Of a DNA stretch of 64,000 nt, positions 12,761-22,273 are shown one piece after another. The position numbers and the translations under genes are program-made. This stretch comes from an uncultured Solirubrobacteraceae bacterium. GTDB taxonomy: Bacteria > Actinomycetota > Thermoleophilia > Solirubrobacterales > Solirubrobacteraceae. Every line of letters starts with the position of its first letter. The stretch's first letter is position 1. The notes beneath the pieces are model-generated. The model saw only the letters and a program-made list of their open reading frames with translations. It did not search any database and had not been told where the DNA came from. The stretch is taken from assembly GCA_963705745.1 (NCBI GenBank), contig CAVPKP010000010.1:105675-169674 (forward strand), given 5' to 3'.

Positions 12761-14365
12761 ATGAGCTCGACCGTCGAGGAGGCCACGAGCGAGACGTTGC
12801 TGCACGCGCGCGACCCGGCGACGGGAGCGCCGCTCGGCGACGCCGTCGCGACGGCGCCAGTCGCGATCCCGGCGCTCGTCGCCGACGTCGCGAAGGTGCA
12901 GCCGCTGTGGGCGCTGCTGCGCGTGCGCGACCGCGCGCGCTACATGCGCCGGATGGCGCAGGCGGTGATCGACGACTTCGACGAGCTGCTCGACGCGCTC
13001 GCGCGCGAGCAGGGACGCCCGGCGGCGGAGATCGCCGCGCTCGAGCTGCTGCCGGCGATCGACGCGCTGATCTGGATCGCCGACGACGGCGAGGACGTGC
13101 TCGGCGGCCGGCGCGTCGGCGTCAACCGCTCGCTGGCGATCGCCAAGCGCGCGCGCGTCGCGTACGAGCCGTATGGAGTCGTCGGCGTGATCGGCGCCGG
13201 CTCGGCGCCGTTCGCGCAGCCGCTCGGGCAGATCGCCGGCGCGCTGCTCGCCGGCAACGGCGTCGCGTTCAAGCCCGCCGCGCGCGCGGCGCTCGCGGGC
13301 GAGCGGATCGCGCGCGTGCTCGCGCGCGCGGGCCTTCCGGAGGGGCTCGTGCGGATCGCGCACGGCGGCGCCGACGTCGGCATCGCGCTCGCGAAATCGC
13401 CGGTCGAGAAGATCCTCTTCACGGGCTCGCCGGCCGTCGGGCGCGTCGTCGCCGGCGAGGGCGTCTCGCGCGAGAAGGAGGTGACGGTCGAGCTCGGCGG
13501 CAAGGACGCGATGCTCGTGCTCGACGACGCGCGCCTGCCGGGCGCGGTCGCCGGCGCGCTGTGGGCCGGCTGCGCCGGCGCCGGCCAGGCGCGCGGGGCG
13601 GTCGAGCGCGTGTACGTCTCGCGCGAGGTTCACGACCGCTTCGTCGACGGGCTCGTCGCCGCGGCGCGCGCGCTGCGCGTCGGCGACCCGTCGGACCCGC
13701 GCACCGACCTCGGCCCGCTCGCCTCGGCGCGGCGCCTGGCGCACGTGCGCCGGCTCGTCGACGACGCGCTCGCGCACGGCGCGACGCTGCGCTGCGGCGG
13801 CCCCGTCAGCCCGGCCGGGTGCGATTACGGCTCGTTCTACGCGCCGGCGGTCGTCACCGGCGTGACGCACGAGATGGCGCTGATGCGCGAGCCGCTCGAG
13901 GGGCCGGTGCTCGCGGTGATGGCCGTCGACTCGGTCGCGCAGGCGATCGCGCTGGCGAACGACAGCGACTACGCGCTCGGCGCGTCGGTGTGGAGCGCCG
14001 ACCGCTATCAGGCGCTGCGCATCGCGCGCGAGCTGCACGCGGGGATGGTGTGGCTCAACGATCACCTGCCGTGCCCGACCGTCTCGCGCGGGCCGTGGGG
14101 CGCGGCGGCCGGCGGCGGCCTCGGGCGCACGCTCGGCCAGGCCGGCCTGCGCGCGTGCGCGCAGGAGAAGCTGATCACGTGGGACCCGCCGGCGATTCGC
14201 GGGCTCTGGTGGGGCCCGTACGACGCGCGCACGACGCGCGCGGCGCGCGCCGTCGCGAAGATGCGCTCCGATCGCGACCGCGACCGCGAGCACGCGTGGC
14301 GCAACGGCGCGCTCGCGCTGACGCGGATCGGCGCGCGGGCGCTCGGGCGTGGACTGCCGAAGTAA
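12761..14365 (+). CDS. Aldehyde dehydrogenase-fold protein, probably catalytically inactive
   Basis: FTGS, ELGGKD and ANDSDYAL retained; catalytic GQxC reads GQAR and PWNxP reads AGSAP. Confidence 0.85.
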   Translation: MSSTVEEATSETLLHARDPATGAPLGDAVATAPVAIPALVADVAKVQPLWALLRVRDRARYMRRMAQAVIDDFDELLDALAREQGRPAAEIAALELLPAIDALIWIADDGEDVLGGRRVGVNRSLAIAKRARVAYEPYGVVGVIGAGSAPFAQPLGQIAGALLAGNGVAFKPAARAALAGERIARVLARAGLPEGLVRIAHGGADVGIALAKSPVEKILFTGSPAVGRVVAGEGVSREKEVTVELGGKDAMLVLDDARLPGAVAGALWAGCAGAGQARGAVERVYVSREVHDRFVDGLVAAARALRVGDPSDPRTDLGPLASARRLAHVRRLVDDALAHGATLRCGGPVSPAGCDYGSFYAPAVVTGVTHEMALMREPLEGPVLAVMAVDSVAQAIALANDSDYALGASVWSADRYQALRIARELHAGMVWLNDHLPCPTVSRGPWGAAAGGGLGRTLGQAGLRACAQEKLITWDPPAIRGLWWGPYDARTTRAARAVAKMRSDRDRDREHAWRNGALALTRIGARALGRGLPK

Positions 14366-14426
14366 CTGGAGCCGCTGCGGCCGTCGCATGAGACGGTCGG
14401 CGCAGCCGGATGACTACCCTTTAGGC

Positions 14427-15197
14427 ATGCCCGCCCAGGCATATGCCGGTAAGGAGTGCGTCTGCCAGCTGCGCAAGGGGATCTGCGACCAGAGCTGCGT
14501 GCAGGGGATGCTCGACACGCCGTTCTACATCGCCTGCCTGAAGCTCAGCGGGCGGCGCTGCGTCGTCGTCGGCGGCGGCGAGATCGGGCTGGAGAAGGTC
14601 GAGGGGCTGCTCGCGTGCGACGGCGAGGTGACGTTGATCGCGCCCGACGCCGTGCCGGCGCTGCAGGAGCACGCGCGCGAGGGCTCGATCCGCTGGGAGC
14701 GGCGCGAGTACGCCGGCACGAGCGATCTCGACGGCGTGTTCATGGCGATCGCGGCGACGAGCGACACCGACGTCAACATCGCCGTGTACGACGATGCCGA
14801 GGCCCGCGCGATGCTCGTCAACGTCGTCGACGTGCCGCCGCTGTGCAACTTCATCCTGCCGGCGATCGTCCGCACGGGGCCGCTCGCGATCGCGATCTCG
14901 ACGGCCGGCGCCTCGCCGGCGCTCGCCAAGCGGATGAAGCGGGAGATCGAAGCGCAGTTCGGCGAGCCGTACGCGCGCCTGGCGGTGCTGCTCAACGAGG
15001 TACGCGGCTGGGCGAAGGGCACGCTGCCGACCTACCAGGACCGCAAGGAGTTCTTCGAGGGGATCGTCGGCAGCGAGCCGGACCCGATCGCGCTGCTGCG
15101 CGAGGACGACGCGCCGGGCGGTCCCGGCGAGCGCGCCGTGCGCGAGCTGATCGCGCAGGCTCAGGGCGAGCGCGCGTCGCTGCTGTCGCGCGCGTGA
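14427..15197 (+). CDS. sirC: Precorrin-2 dehydrogenase/sirohydrochlorin ferrochelatase (SirC/Met8/CysG N-terminal type)
   Basis: [34 protein letters not shown]; start ATG 14427 or 14508. Confidence 0.9.
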   Translation: MPAQAYAGKECVCQLRKGICDQSCVQGMLDTPFYIACLKLSGRRCVVVGGGEIGLEKVEGLLACDGEVTLIAPDAVPALQEHAREGSIRWERREYAGTSDLDGVFMAIAATSDTDVNIAVYDDAEARAMLVNVVDVPPLCNFILPAIVRTGPLAIAISTAGASPALAKRMKREIEAQFGEPYARLAVLLNEVRGWAKGTLPTYQDRKEFFEGIVGSEPDPIALLREDDAPGGPGERAVRELIAQAQGERASLLSRA

Positions 15198-15206
15198 GAG
15201 CCTGAC

Positions 15207-15884
15207 GTGAGCGCGATCGAGGTCGCCGGCCTCGCTCGGCACTACGGCGAACGCGAGGCGCTGAGCGGCGTCTCGCTGACGCTCGAGAGCGGACGGACGC
15301 TCGTCGTGTTCGGCCCGAACGGCGCCGGCAAGACGACGCTCTTGCGCGTGCTCGCGACGCTGCTGCGCCCGCACGCCGGAGACGTTCGCGTGCTCGGCGA
15401 GCGCCTGCCGAGCGACGCGTGGGCGGTGCGCGGGCGGATCGGCCTGCTCGGGCACGAGCCGCTGCTGTACCGCGAGCTGACCGCGCGCGAGAACTTGAGC
15501 TTCCACGCGCGCCTGCACGACGTCGCGCGCGAGCGCGTCGAGGAGCTGCTCGCCGCGGTGCGGATCGACGATCGCGCTGACGAGCCGCTGCGGACGCTCT
15601 CCCGCGGGATGGTCCAGCGCGTCGCCGTCGCGCGCTCGGTCCTGCACGACCCCGAGCTGCTGCTGCTCGACGAGCCGCGCTCGAACCTCGATCCGGCGGC
15701 GGTCGAGCTCGTCGAGCCGCTGATCGGCGCTGCGTCGGCGCGCACGCGCGTGATCTGCAGCCACGACCCCGGCGCCGGGCTGGCGGAGGCCGACGTCGTG
15801 CTCGGGCTGCGCGCCGGACGACCCGCGCTCGTCGGCGACGCCGGCGAGGTGACGCACGAGCAGATCGTCGAGCTGTACCGGTGA
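15207..15884 (+). CDS. ccmA: Heme ABC exporter ATP-binding protein CcmA
   Basis: GPNGAGKTT, LTARENL, LSRGMVQR, LLDEP; precedes ccmB. Confidence 0.88.
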   Translation: MSAIEVAGLARHYGEREALSGVSLTLESGRTLVVFGPNGAGKTTLLRVLATLLRPHAGDVRVLGERLPSDAWAVRGRIGLLGHEPLLYRELTARENLSFHARLHDVARERVEELLAAVRIDDRADEPLRTLSRGMVQRVAVARSVLHDPELLLLDEPRSNLDPAAVELVEPLIGAASARTRVICSHDPGAGLAEADVVLGLRAGRPALVGDAGEVTHEQIVELYR

Positions 15885-16633
15885 GCGCCGCGATCGGAGA
15901 GACGCGCCCCTCCGCCGAGCGCGAGCGGCTCGCGGCGGCGCGCCCGCGCGGCGCGAGCACGCTCGGCGTGATCCGCGCGCTGCTGCGCAAGGAGCTGCTC
16001 GTCGAGCTGCGCACGCTCGAGTCGGTCCCCGGCATGTCGCTGTTCGCCGTGACGACGTTCGTCGTGTTCCACTTCGCGCTGAACCGCAGCAGCGTCGACG
16101 GCGACCTCGCCGCGGGCATCCTCTGGGTGACGCTGCTGTTCGCGGCGATCCTCGGCGTCAACCGGCTGTTCGTCGCCGACGCCGACCAGGGCGGCTTCGA
16201 CGCGTTCCTGCTCGCGCCGGTCGACCGCAGCGCGATGCTGCTCGCGAAGGCGCTGACGCTGCTGTGCTACCTGCTCGCGCTCGAGCTGATCGCCGTGCCG
16301 GCGTTCGCGCTGCTGCTGCTCGGGCCGCCGCTCGGCCACGCGCTGCCGGGCCTGCTCGGAGTCCTCCTTCTCGGCGACCTCGGCGTCGCCGCGATCGGCA
16401 CGCTCGTCGCCGCGCTCGCCGTGCGCACACGCGCGCGCGACCTGCTCGGCCCGCTGCTCGCGCTGCCGCTGCTCGTGCCAATCGTGATCGGCTGCGCGCG
16501 CGCGAGCTCGCCGCTGTTCGTGTTCGGGCGCGCCGGCAGCCCGCCGGCGCGTTGGCTGTTGACGCTCGGGCTCTATGATCTGGTCTTCGGGCTGATCGCC
16601 TACGCCCTGTTCGACTACCTCCTTGAGGACTGA
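15881..16633 (+). CDS. ccmB: Heme exporter protein CcmB
   Basis: KELLVELR, GILWVTLLFA, LLALPLLVPIVI; multi-TM. Confidence 0.9.
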   Translation: MSAAIGETRPSAERERLAAARPRGASTLGVIRALLRKELLVELRTLESVPGMSLFAVTTFVVFHFALNRSSVDGDLAAGILWVTLLFAAILGVNRLFVADADQGGFDAFLLAPVDRSAMLLAKALTLLCYLLALELIAVPAFALLLLGPPLGHALPGLLGVLLLGDLGVAAIGTLVAALAVRTRARDLLGPLLALPLLVPIVIGCARASSPLFVFGRAGSPPARWLLTLGLYDLVFGLIAYALFDYLLED

Positions 16634-16709
16634 AAGGAATGAAATCCCCGCGCCGCCGTCCGGCCGGCGTTTCCGACCGCGACCACCGCTCTCCGGGCGG
16701 GTGGTGACG

Positions 16710-17492
16710 ATGTACGGCAAAGGTCTGCGCGCGCTGAGCATCTCCACGGTCGTCGTGATGGCCGTCGCGCTCGCGCTCGTCTTCTTCTGGGCGCCGCTCG
16801 AAGCCGAACAGGGCTTCCTGCAGAAGATCTTCTACGTGCACGTGCCGCTCGCGATCGTCTCGCTGTGCGGCTTCGTGCTCGGCGGGATCTTCGCGATCCA
16901 GCACCTGCGCACGCGCGAGCAGCGCTGGGACATGCGCTCGTACGTCGCGATCCACATGAGCCTGATCTTCGGCGTCGCGACGCTGATCACCGGCTCGATC
17001 TGGGCGAAGGGCTCGTGGGGGCACTGGTGGGAGTGGAGCGAGCCGACGCTCGTGTCGTTCCTGATCGTGTTCCTGCTGTACGCGACCTACCAGCCGCTGC
17101 GCTTCGCGATCGAGGACCCCGAGCGCCAGTCGCGCTACGCGTCGGTGTTCGCCGTCACGGCCGGCGCGTTCGTGCCGCTCAACTTCATCGCCGTGCGCCT
17201 CTCCAGCGAATACCTGCACCCGCGCGTGCTCGGCGCGACGTCGAACCTGCCGTGGCAGATGGCGCTGACGTTCCTCGTCTCGCTGCTCGGCATCGCCCTG
17301 CTGTTCACGACGCTCTGCAAATACGAGCTGACGGTCAAGCACACGCGCATGCAGCTGCGCGCGCTGCGCCGCCTCGCCGAACGACGCGAGGGCGCCGCGA
17401 GCAGCGCCGCGCCGGCGCGTCGCGCGCGCAGCGCAGCGCCGGGCGTGCACGCGACGGCGATGAGCGCGCTTGCGCCGGAGCGCAGGCGCTGA
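16710..17492 (+). CDS. ccmC: Cytochrome c biogenesis protein CcmC
   Basis: IFYVHVP and tryptophan-rich TGSIWAKGSWGHWWEW motif; C-terminal LHP. Confidence 0.9.
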   Translation: MYGKGLRALSISTVVVMAVALALVFFWAPLEAEQGFLQKIFYVHVPLAIVSLCGFVLGGIFAIQHLRTREQRWDMRSYVAIHMSLIFGVATLITGSIWAKGSWGHWWEWSEPTLVSFLIVFLLYATYQPLRFAIEDPERQSRYASVFAVTAGAFVPLNFIAVRLSSEYLHPRVLGATSNLPWQMALTFLVSLLGIALLFTTLCKYELTVKHTRMQLRALRRLAERREGAASSAAPARRARSAAPGVHATAMSALAPERRR

Positions 17493-17716
17493 TGACGGTG
17501 TTGCTCGCGGAGCTGCCGGCGCTGCCGCTGCACACGGCCGGCAAGTACGTAGCCGGCGCGTACGTCGTGCTGCTCGCGCTCGTGCTCGTGTACGTCGCGA
17601 TCATGGCCGTCCGCCAGAGCCGGATCGAGCGCGACCTCGCCGAGCTGCTCGCGCGCGAGCAGGCCGCCGCGGCGGCCGAGCGCGAGCCGACTCAGCAGGA
17701 GTCGAGCCTCGTATGA
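17492..17716 (+). CDS. ccmD: CcmD-like small membrane protein
   Basis: YVAGAY + single TM + charged tail; translationally coupled between ccmC and hemA. Confidence 0.7.
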   Translation: MTVLLAELPALPLHTAGKYVAGAYVVLLALVLVYVAIMAVRQSRIERDLAELLAREQAAAAAEREPTQQESSLV

Positions 17717-19065
17717 GCGAGCTGCTCGCGCTCGGCATCTCGCACAAGACGGCGCCGGTCGCGCTGCGCGAGCGCGTCGCGTTCACCGAGTCCGAGGCGA
17801 TCGCGTTCGCGCGCGAGGCGACCGCGACGTCGGACGTGCGCGAGGCGGTCGTGATCTCGACGTGCAACCGCACCGAGGTGTACCTCGTCGTCGGCGACGC
17901 CGTGCGCGCCGAGTCCGACGTGCTCGGCCTGCTCGCGCGCCGCGCGTCGATCCGCCCGACGGAGCTGTCCGGCGCGATCTACTCGCCGCGCAACTGCGAC
18001 GCGGCGCGCCAGCTCTACCGCGTGACGGCGGGGCTCGACTCGATGATCGTCGGCGAGGCAGAGATCCAGGGTCAGGTCAAGCGCGCGTACGAGGCGGCGA
18101 TCGCCGCCGGCTGCACCGGGCCGCTCTCCAACCGCCTGTTCGCGGCGGCGCTGACGACCGGCAAGCGCGTGCGCTCGGAGACCGAGATCGGCGCCAGCCG
18201 CGTAAGCATCCCCTCGGTCGCCGTCGACCTCGCGCTGAGCGTGCTCGGCGGGCTCGAGGACCGTCACGTCGTCGTGCTCGGCGCCGGCGAGACGAGCGAG
18301 CTGACCGCGCGCGCGCTGTCCGAGCAGGGCGCTGGGACGTTCTTCGTCGCCAACCGGCACGCCGACCGCGCGCTCAGCCTCGCGCAGCGCTTCGGCGGCA
18401 CCGTCGTCGGCCTCGACGGCCTGCCCGAGCAGCTGCTCGCGGCCGACATCGTGCTCTGCTCGACCTCCTCGCCGCACCCGATCGTCGGCCGCGGCGAGCT
18501 CGAGCTCGTGATGCTCGAGCGCGGCGGGCGCCCGCTCGTGCTGATCGACATCGCCGTGCCGCGCGACGTCGAGGCGTCGTGCGGCGAGCTCGGCGGCGTC
18601 AGCCTGTACGACATCGACGACCTGCAGGCCGTCGTCGTGCGCAACCTCTCTACGCGCGAGAGCGAGACTCCGCGCGCGGAGGAGATCGTCGAGGAGGAGA
18701 TCCACCGCTTTGCGCGCTGGCTCGGGCAGCTCGAGACGCTGCCGACCGTCAGCGCGCTGCGCACGCACGGCAACGAGATCGTCGAGCAGGTGCTCGACGA
18801 GAACGACGGCCGCTGGGAGTCGGCCTCGCCGCGCGACCTCGTGCGGATCGAGGCCGTCGCGCGCGCCGTGATGAGCCGCCTGCTGCACGAGCCGACGATC
18901 CGCCTGCGCAGCCTCTCCGAGGAGCGCGGTCACGCGAGCCTCGAGCTCGTGCGCGAGCTGTTCGGCCTGCGCGAGGACAGCCCGCCGGCGCAGGAGTCGG
19001 CGGAGCTGGCCGAGGTGCACGACCTGCCCGTGCCGCCGATCGCACGCCGACGCCGCGAGGGCTGA
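17713..19065 (+). CDS. hemA: Glutamyl-tRNA reductase
   Basis: HKTAPVALRE, STCNRTE, GLDSMIVGEAEI, GAGE, DIAVPRDV. Confidence 0.96.
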   Translation: MSELLALGISHKTAPVALRERVAFTESEAIAFAREATATSDVREAVVISTCNRTEVYLVVGDAVRAESDVLGLLARRASIRPTELSGAIYSPRNCDAARQLYRVTAGLDSMIVGEAEIQGQVKRAYEAAIAAGCTGPLSNRLFAAALTTGKRVRSETEIGASRVSIPSVAVDLALSVLGGLEDRHVVVLGAGETSELTARALSEQGAGTFFVANRHADRALSLAQRFGGTVVGLDGLPEQLLAADIVLCSTSSPHPIVGRGELELVMLERGGRPLVLIDIAVPRDVEASCGELGGVSLYDIDDLQAVVVRNLSTRESETPRAEEIVEEEIHRFARWLGQLETLPTVSALRTHGNEIVEQVLDENDGRWESASPRDLVRIEAVARAVMSRLLHEPTIRLRSLSEERGHASLELVRELFGLREDSPPAQESAELAEVHDLPVPPIARRRREG

Positions 19066-20003
19066 TGCGAATCGGCACCCGCGCGAGCGCGCTCGCGCTG
19101 GCGCAGGCCGAGCTCGTCGCGACGCTGCTCGGCGACGGCGAGATCGTCCCGGTCGTGACGCGCGGCGACCGCGAGTCGGCCGGCGTCGACGACACCGCCG
19201 GCGAGCTCGCCGGCGACGGGCCGCCCGGCGAGCCGCCGCCGGGCGAGGACAAGTCGCGCTGGGTCTCCGAGCTCGAGCGTGCGCTGCTGCACGGTGAGAT
19301 CGACGTGGCCGTCCACTCGGCGAAGGACGTGCCCGGCGCGCTCGCCGACGGCCTCGCACTCGTAGCCGCGCCGCCGCGCGCTGCCGCCGCCGACGTGCTG
19401 TGCGGCGCGACGAGCCTCGACGCACTGGCGCCCGGCGCGCGCGTCGGCACGAGCAGCGTCAGGCGGATCGCGCAGCTTCGCGCGGCGCGCGCGGAGCTCG
19501 AGCCGGTCGCGATGCACGGCAACGTCGACACGCGCCTGCGCAAGCTCGCCAACGGCGAGCTTGACGCGATCGTGCTCGCGCGCGCCGGCCTGCAGCGCCT
19601 CGGGCGGGAGGACGAGCTAGGCGCCGAGCTCGATCCGGCGCGCTTCGTGCCGGCGCCCGGCCAGGGAACGCTCGCGCTGCAGGCGCGCGCCGACGACGCG
19701 CACGCGCGCCGCGCGCTCGGAGCGATCGGCGATCCGGTGTCGCTCGCGTGCCTGCTGGCCGAGCGCACGCTCGCGCGCTCGCTCGACGCGAGCTGCGACA
19801 CGCCGCTCGGCGCGCACGCGAGCGTGCGCGACGGCGTCATGCGGATGCGCGCGTGGGTCGGCCTGCCCGACGGCTCGGCGTGGATCGCCGACGAGCTGCA
19901 GCGCGATGCGGGCGAGCCGCAGGCGCTCGCCGAGGAGGTCGCGCGGCGGCTGGAGCTGGCCGGCGCACGCGAGCTGCTGCAGAGCGCGAGTGCCGCGCCG
20001 TGA
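19065..20003 (+). CDS. hemC: Hydroxymethylbilane synthase (porphobilinogen deaminase)
   Basis: IGTRASALA, AVHSAKD, VGTSSVRR, GNVDTRL, PAPGQG, SCDTP. Confidence 0.95.
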   Translation: MRIGTRASALALAQAELVATLLGDGEIVPVVTRGDRESAGVDDTAGELAGDGPPGEPPPGEDKSRWVSELERALLHGEIDVAVHSAKDVPGALADGLALVAAPPRAAAADVLCGATSLDALAPGARVGTSSVRRIAQLRAARAELEPVAMHGNVDTRLRKLANGELDAIVLARAGLQRLGREDELGAELDPARFVPAPGQGTLALQARADDAHARRALGAIGDPVSLACLLAERTLARSLDASCDTPLGAHASVRDGVMRMRAWVGLPDGSAWIADELQRDAGEPQALAEEVARRLELAGARELLQSASAAP

Positions 20004-21529
20004 GCGGGCGCGTCTACCTCGTCGGCGCCGGCCCCGGCGATCCCGGCCTGCTGACCGCGCGCGCGCTGGAGCTGATCGCGAGCGCCGACGTGATCCTGTA
20101 CGACCGGCTGATCCCCGAGTCGGCGCTCGACGGCGCGCGCGAGGGCGCCGAGCTGCTGTTCGTGGGCAAGCGCGCCGGCGGCGCGTCGGTGCCGCAGGAG
20201 CAGACCGAGGCGTTGATCGTGCAGCGCGCGCGCGCCGGCGCGAACGTCGTGCGCCTGAAGGGCGGCGACCCGTTCGTGTTCGGCCGCGGCGGCGAGGAGG
20301 CGCTGACGCTGCGCCAGGAGGGCATCGAGTTCGAGGTCGTCTCCGGCGTGACCGCCGGAGTCGCCGCGCTCGCGTATGCGGGCATTCCCGTGACGCACCG
20401 TGGCCTCGCGACGGCCGTCGCGTTCGTGACCGGGCGCACGGGCGACGAGCACGAACTCGACTGGCCGGCCCTCGCGGCGTTTCCCGGCACGCTCGTGTTC
20501 TACATGGGCGTCGCCCGCCTGTCGCAGATCGCGGCGGCGCTGATCGAGGCCGGCCGGCCGTCCTCGGAGCCGGCGGCGGTCGTCGAGGCGGGCACGACGC
20601 CCGCGCAGCGGACCGTGCTCGCGACGCTCGCGACGCTGCCCGAGCGCGTCGCCGAGGCGCACGTCGGCTCGCCGTCGATCACCGTCGTCGGCGCCGTCGC
20701 GGCGCTCGCCGAGCAGCTCGCATGGCTGCCGGCGCGTCCGCTCGCCGGCACGACGGTCGCCGTCACACGCGCGCGCGCGCAGGCGAGCGAGCTCGCGCGG
20801 CGACTGCACGAGCTCGGCGCCGGCGTCGTGCAGGCGCCGGCGATCCGCACGCGGACGCTCGACGGTCCGCCGCTCGATCCGTCCCCTTACGACCTCCTCT
20901 GCGTGACGAGCGCGAACGCCGTGCCGGCGCTGTTCGAGCGGCTCGCCGCCGGCGGACGCGACGCGCGCTCGCTCGCCGGCGCGCGGATCGCGTCGATCGG
21001 CCCGGCGACGACGCGCGCGCTCGCCGAGCGCGGGATCGCGGCCGACGTGACCGCCGAGCGCTCCGTCGCCGAGGGGCTCGTCGAGGCGCTCGCCGATGTC
21101 CCCGCGCGCCGCGCGCTCGTCGCGCGCGCTCGCGAGGCGCGCGAGGCGCTGCCCGACGCGCTGCGCGCGCGCGGCGTCGACGTCGACGTGCTCGACCTGT
21201 ACGAGACGCTCGTCGAGCCGCTCGAGCCCGACGTGCTCGCGCGGGCGCGCGCGGCCGACTACGTCACGTTCACGTCGTCCTCGACCGTGCGCAACTTCCT
21301 GCACGCGGCCGCCGTCGACGCACCGGCCGACGACGAGCGCCGAGGTCCGCACGACGACGGTCGCCGCCGAGCCGGCCTCTCGCCGGACACGCGCATCGTC
21401 TCGATCGGGCCGGTCACGAGCGAGACGCTGCGCGAGCACGGGATCGGCGTCGACGTCGAGGCGGCGCGCCACGACGTCGACGGCCTGCTCGACGCGCTGC
21501 TCGCCGACGTGCTCGCGCGCGAGCCGTGA
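20000..21529 (+). CDS. cobA: Fused uroporphyrinogen-III C-methyltransferase / uroporphyrinogen-III synthase (CobA-HemD)
   Basis: VGAGPGDPGLLT and RLKGGDPFVFGRGGEE; C-terminal VTRA, TSANAV, FTSSS, SIGPVT. Confidence 0.94.
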   Translation: MSGRVYLVGAGPGDPGLLTARALELIASADVILYDRLIPESALDGAREGAELLFVGKRAGGASVPQEQTEALIVQRARAGANVVRLKGGDPFVFGRGGEEALTLRQEGIEFEVVSGVTAGVAALAYAGIPVTHRGLATAVAFVTGRTGDEHELDWPALAAFPGTLVFYMGVARLSQIAAALIEAGRPSSEPAAVVEAGTTPAQRTVLATLATLPERVAEAHVGSPSITVVGAVAALAEQLAWLPARPLAGTTVAVTRARAQASELARRLHELGAGVVQAPAIRTRTLDGPPLDPSPYDLLCVTSANAVPALFERLAAGGRDARSLAGARIASIGPATTRALAERGIAADVTAERSVAEGLVEALADVPARRALVARAREAREALPDALRARGVDVDVLDLYETLVEPLEPDVLARARAADYVTFTSSSTVRNFLHAAAVDAPADDERRGPHDDGRRRAGLSPDTRIVSIGPVTSETLREHGIGVDVEAARHDVDGLLDALLADVLAREP

Positions 21530-22260
21530 GCGCACGCTCGCCGGCGCGCGCCGGGACGCCGCACGGGACGCTCGGCTCGCCGCGCGTGCACCTGCTGCGC
21601 ACCGACTCGACGAACGACCGCGCGCGCGAGCTCGCGATCGCCGGCGCGCCGCACGGGACGCTCATCACGGCGGCGGAGCAGAGCGCCGGACGCGGGCGCC
21701 AGGGGCGGCGCTGGTCGGCGCCGGCCGGCAGCGCGCTGCTGATGTCGCTCGTGCTGCGCTCGCCGCCGCCGTTGCTGCCGCTCGTCGCGGCGCTCGCCGT
21801 CTGCGACGTCGCCGGCGAGCAGGCGTCGATCAAGTGGCCGAACGACATCGTGCTCGCCGACGGCGAGCGCCTGGCGAAGCTCGCCGGCATCCTCACCGAG
21901 GGGCGCCCGCAGGAGGGCTGGGCGGTCGTCGGCATCGGCCTCAACGTGGCCGTGCGGATCGACGAGCTGCCGCCCGAGCTGCACGGCACGGCGGCGACGC
22001 TCGGGCGCGACGCGCGCGAGATCGAGCCGATCCTCGCCTCGCTGCTCGACGCGCTCGCGCGGCGCCTGTCAGAGCCCTCGCAGACGACGCTGCAGGCATG
22101 GCGCGCGCGCGACGCGCTGCTCGGGCGCGAGGTGCGCTGGAGCGCCGGCGCCGGGCGCGCGGCGGGGATCGACGGGGCGGGCCGGCTCGTCGTCGCGCTG
22201 GCTAGCGGCGCTCACGCGGCGCTCGACGCCGGCGAGGTCCACCTCGAGCGCTCCGGCTAG
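21526..22260 (+). CDS. birA: Biotin--[acetyl-CoA carboxylase] ligase (type I, no HTH)
   Basis: STND, QSAGRGRQGRRW, KWPND, KLAGIL, GIGLNV. Confidence 0.93.
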   Translation: MSARSPARAGTPHGTLGSPRVHLLRTDSTNDRARELAIAGAPHGTLITAAEQSAGRGRQGRRWSAPAGSALLMSLVLRSPPPLLPLVAALAVCDVAGEQASIKWPNDIVLADGERLAKLAGILTEGRPQEGWAVVGIGLNVAVRIDELPPELHGTAATLGRDAREIEPILASLLDALARRLSEPSQTTLQAWRARDALLGREVRWSAGAGRAAGIDGAGRLVVALASGAHAALDAGEVHLERSG

Positions 22261-22273
22261 CGGCGGCGGCCGT

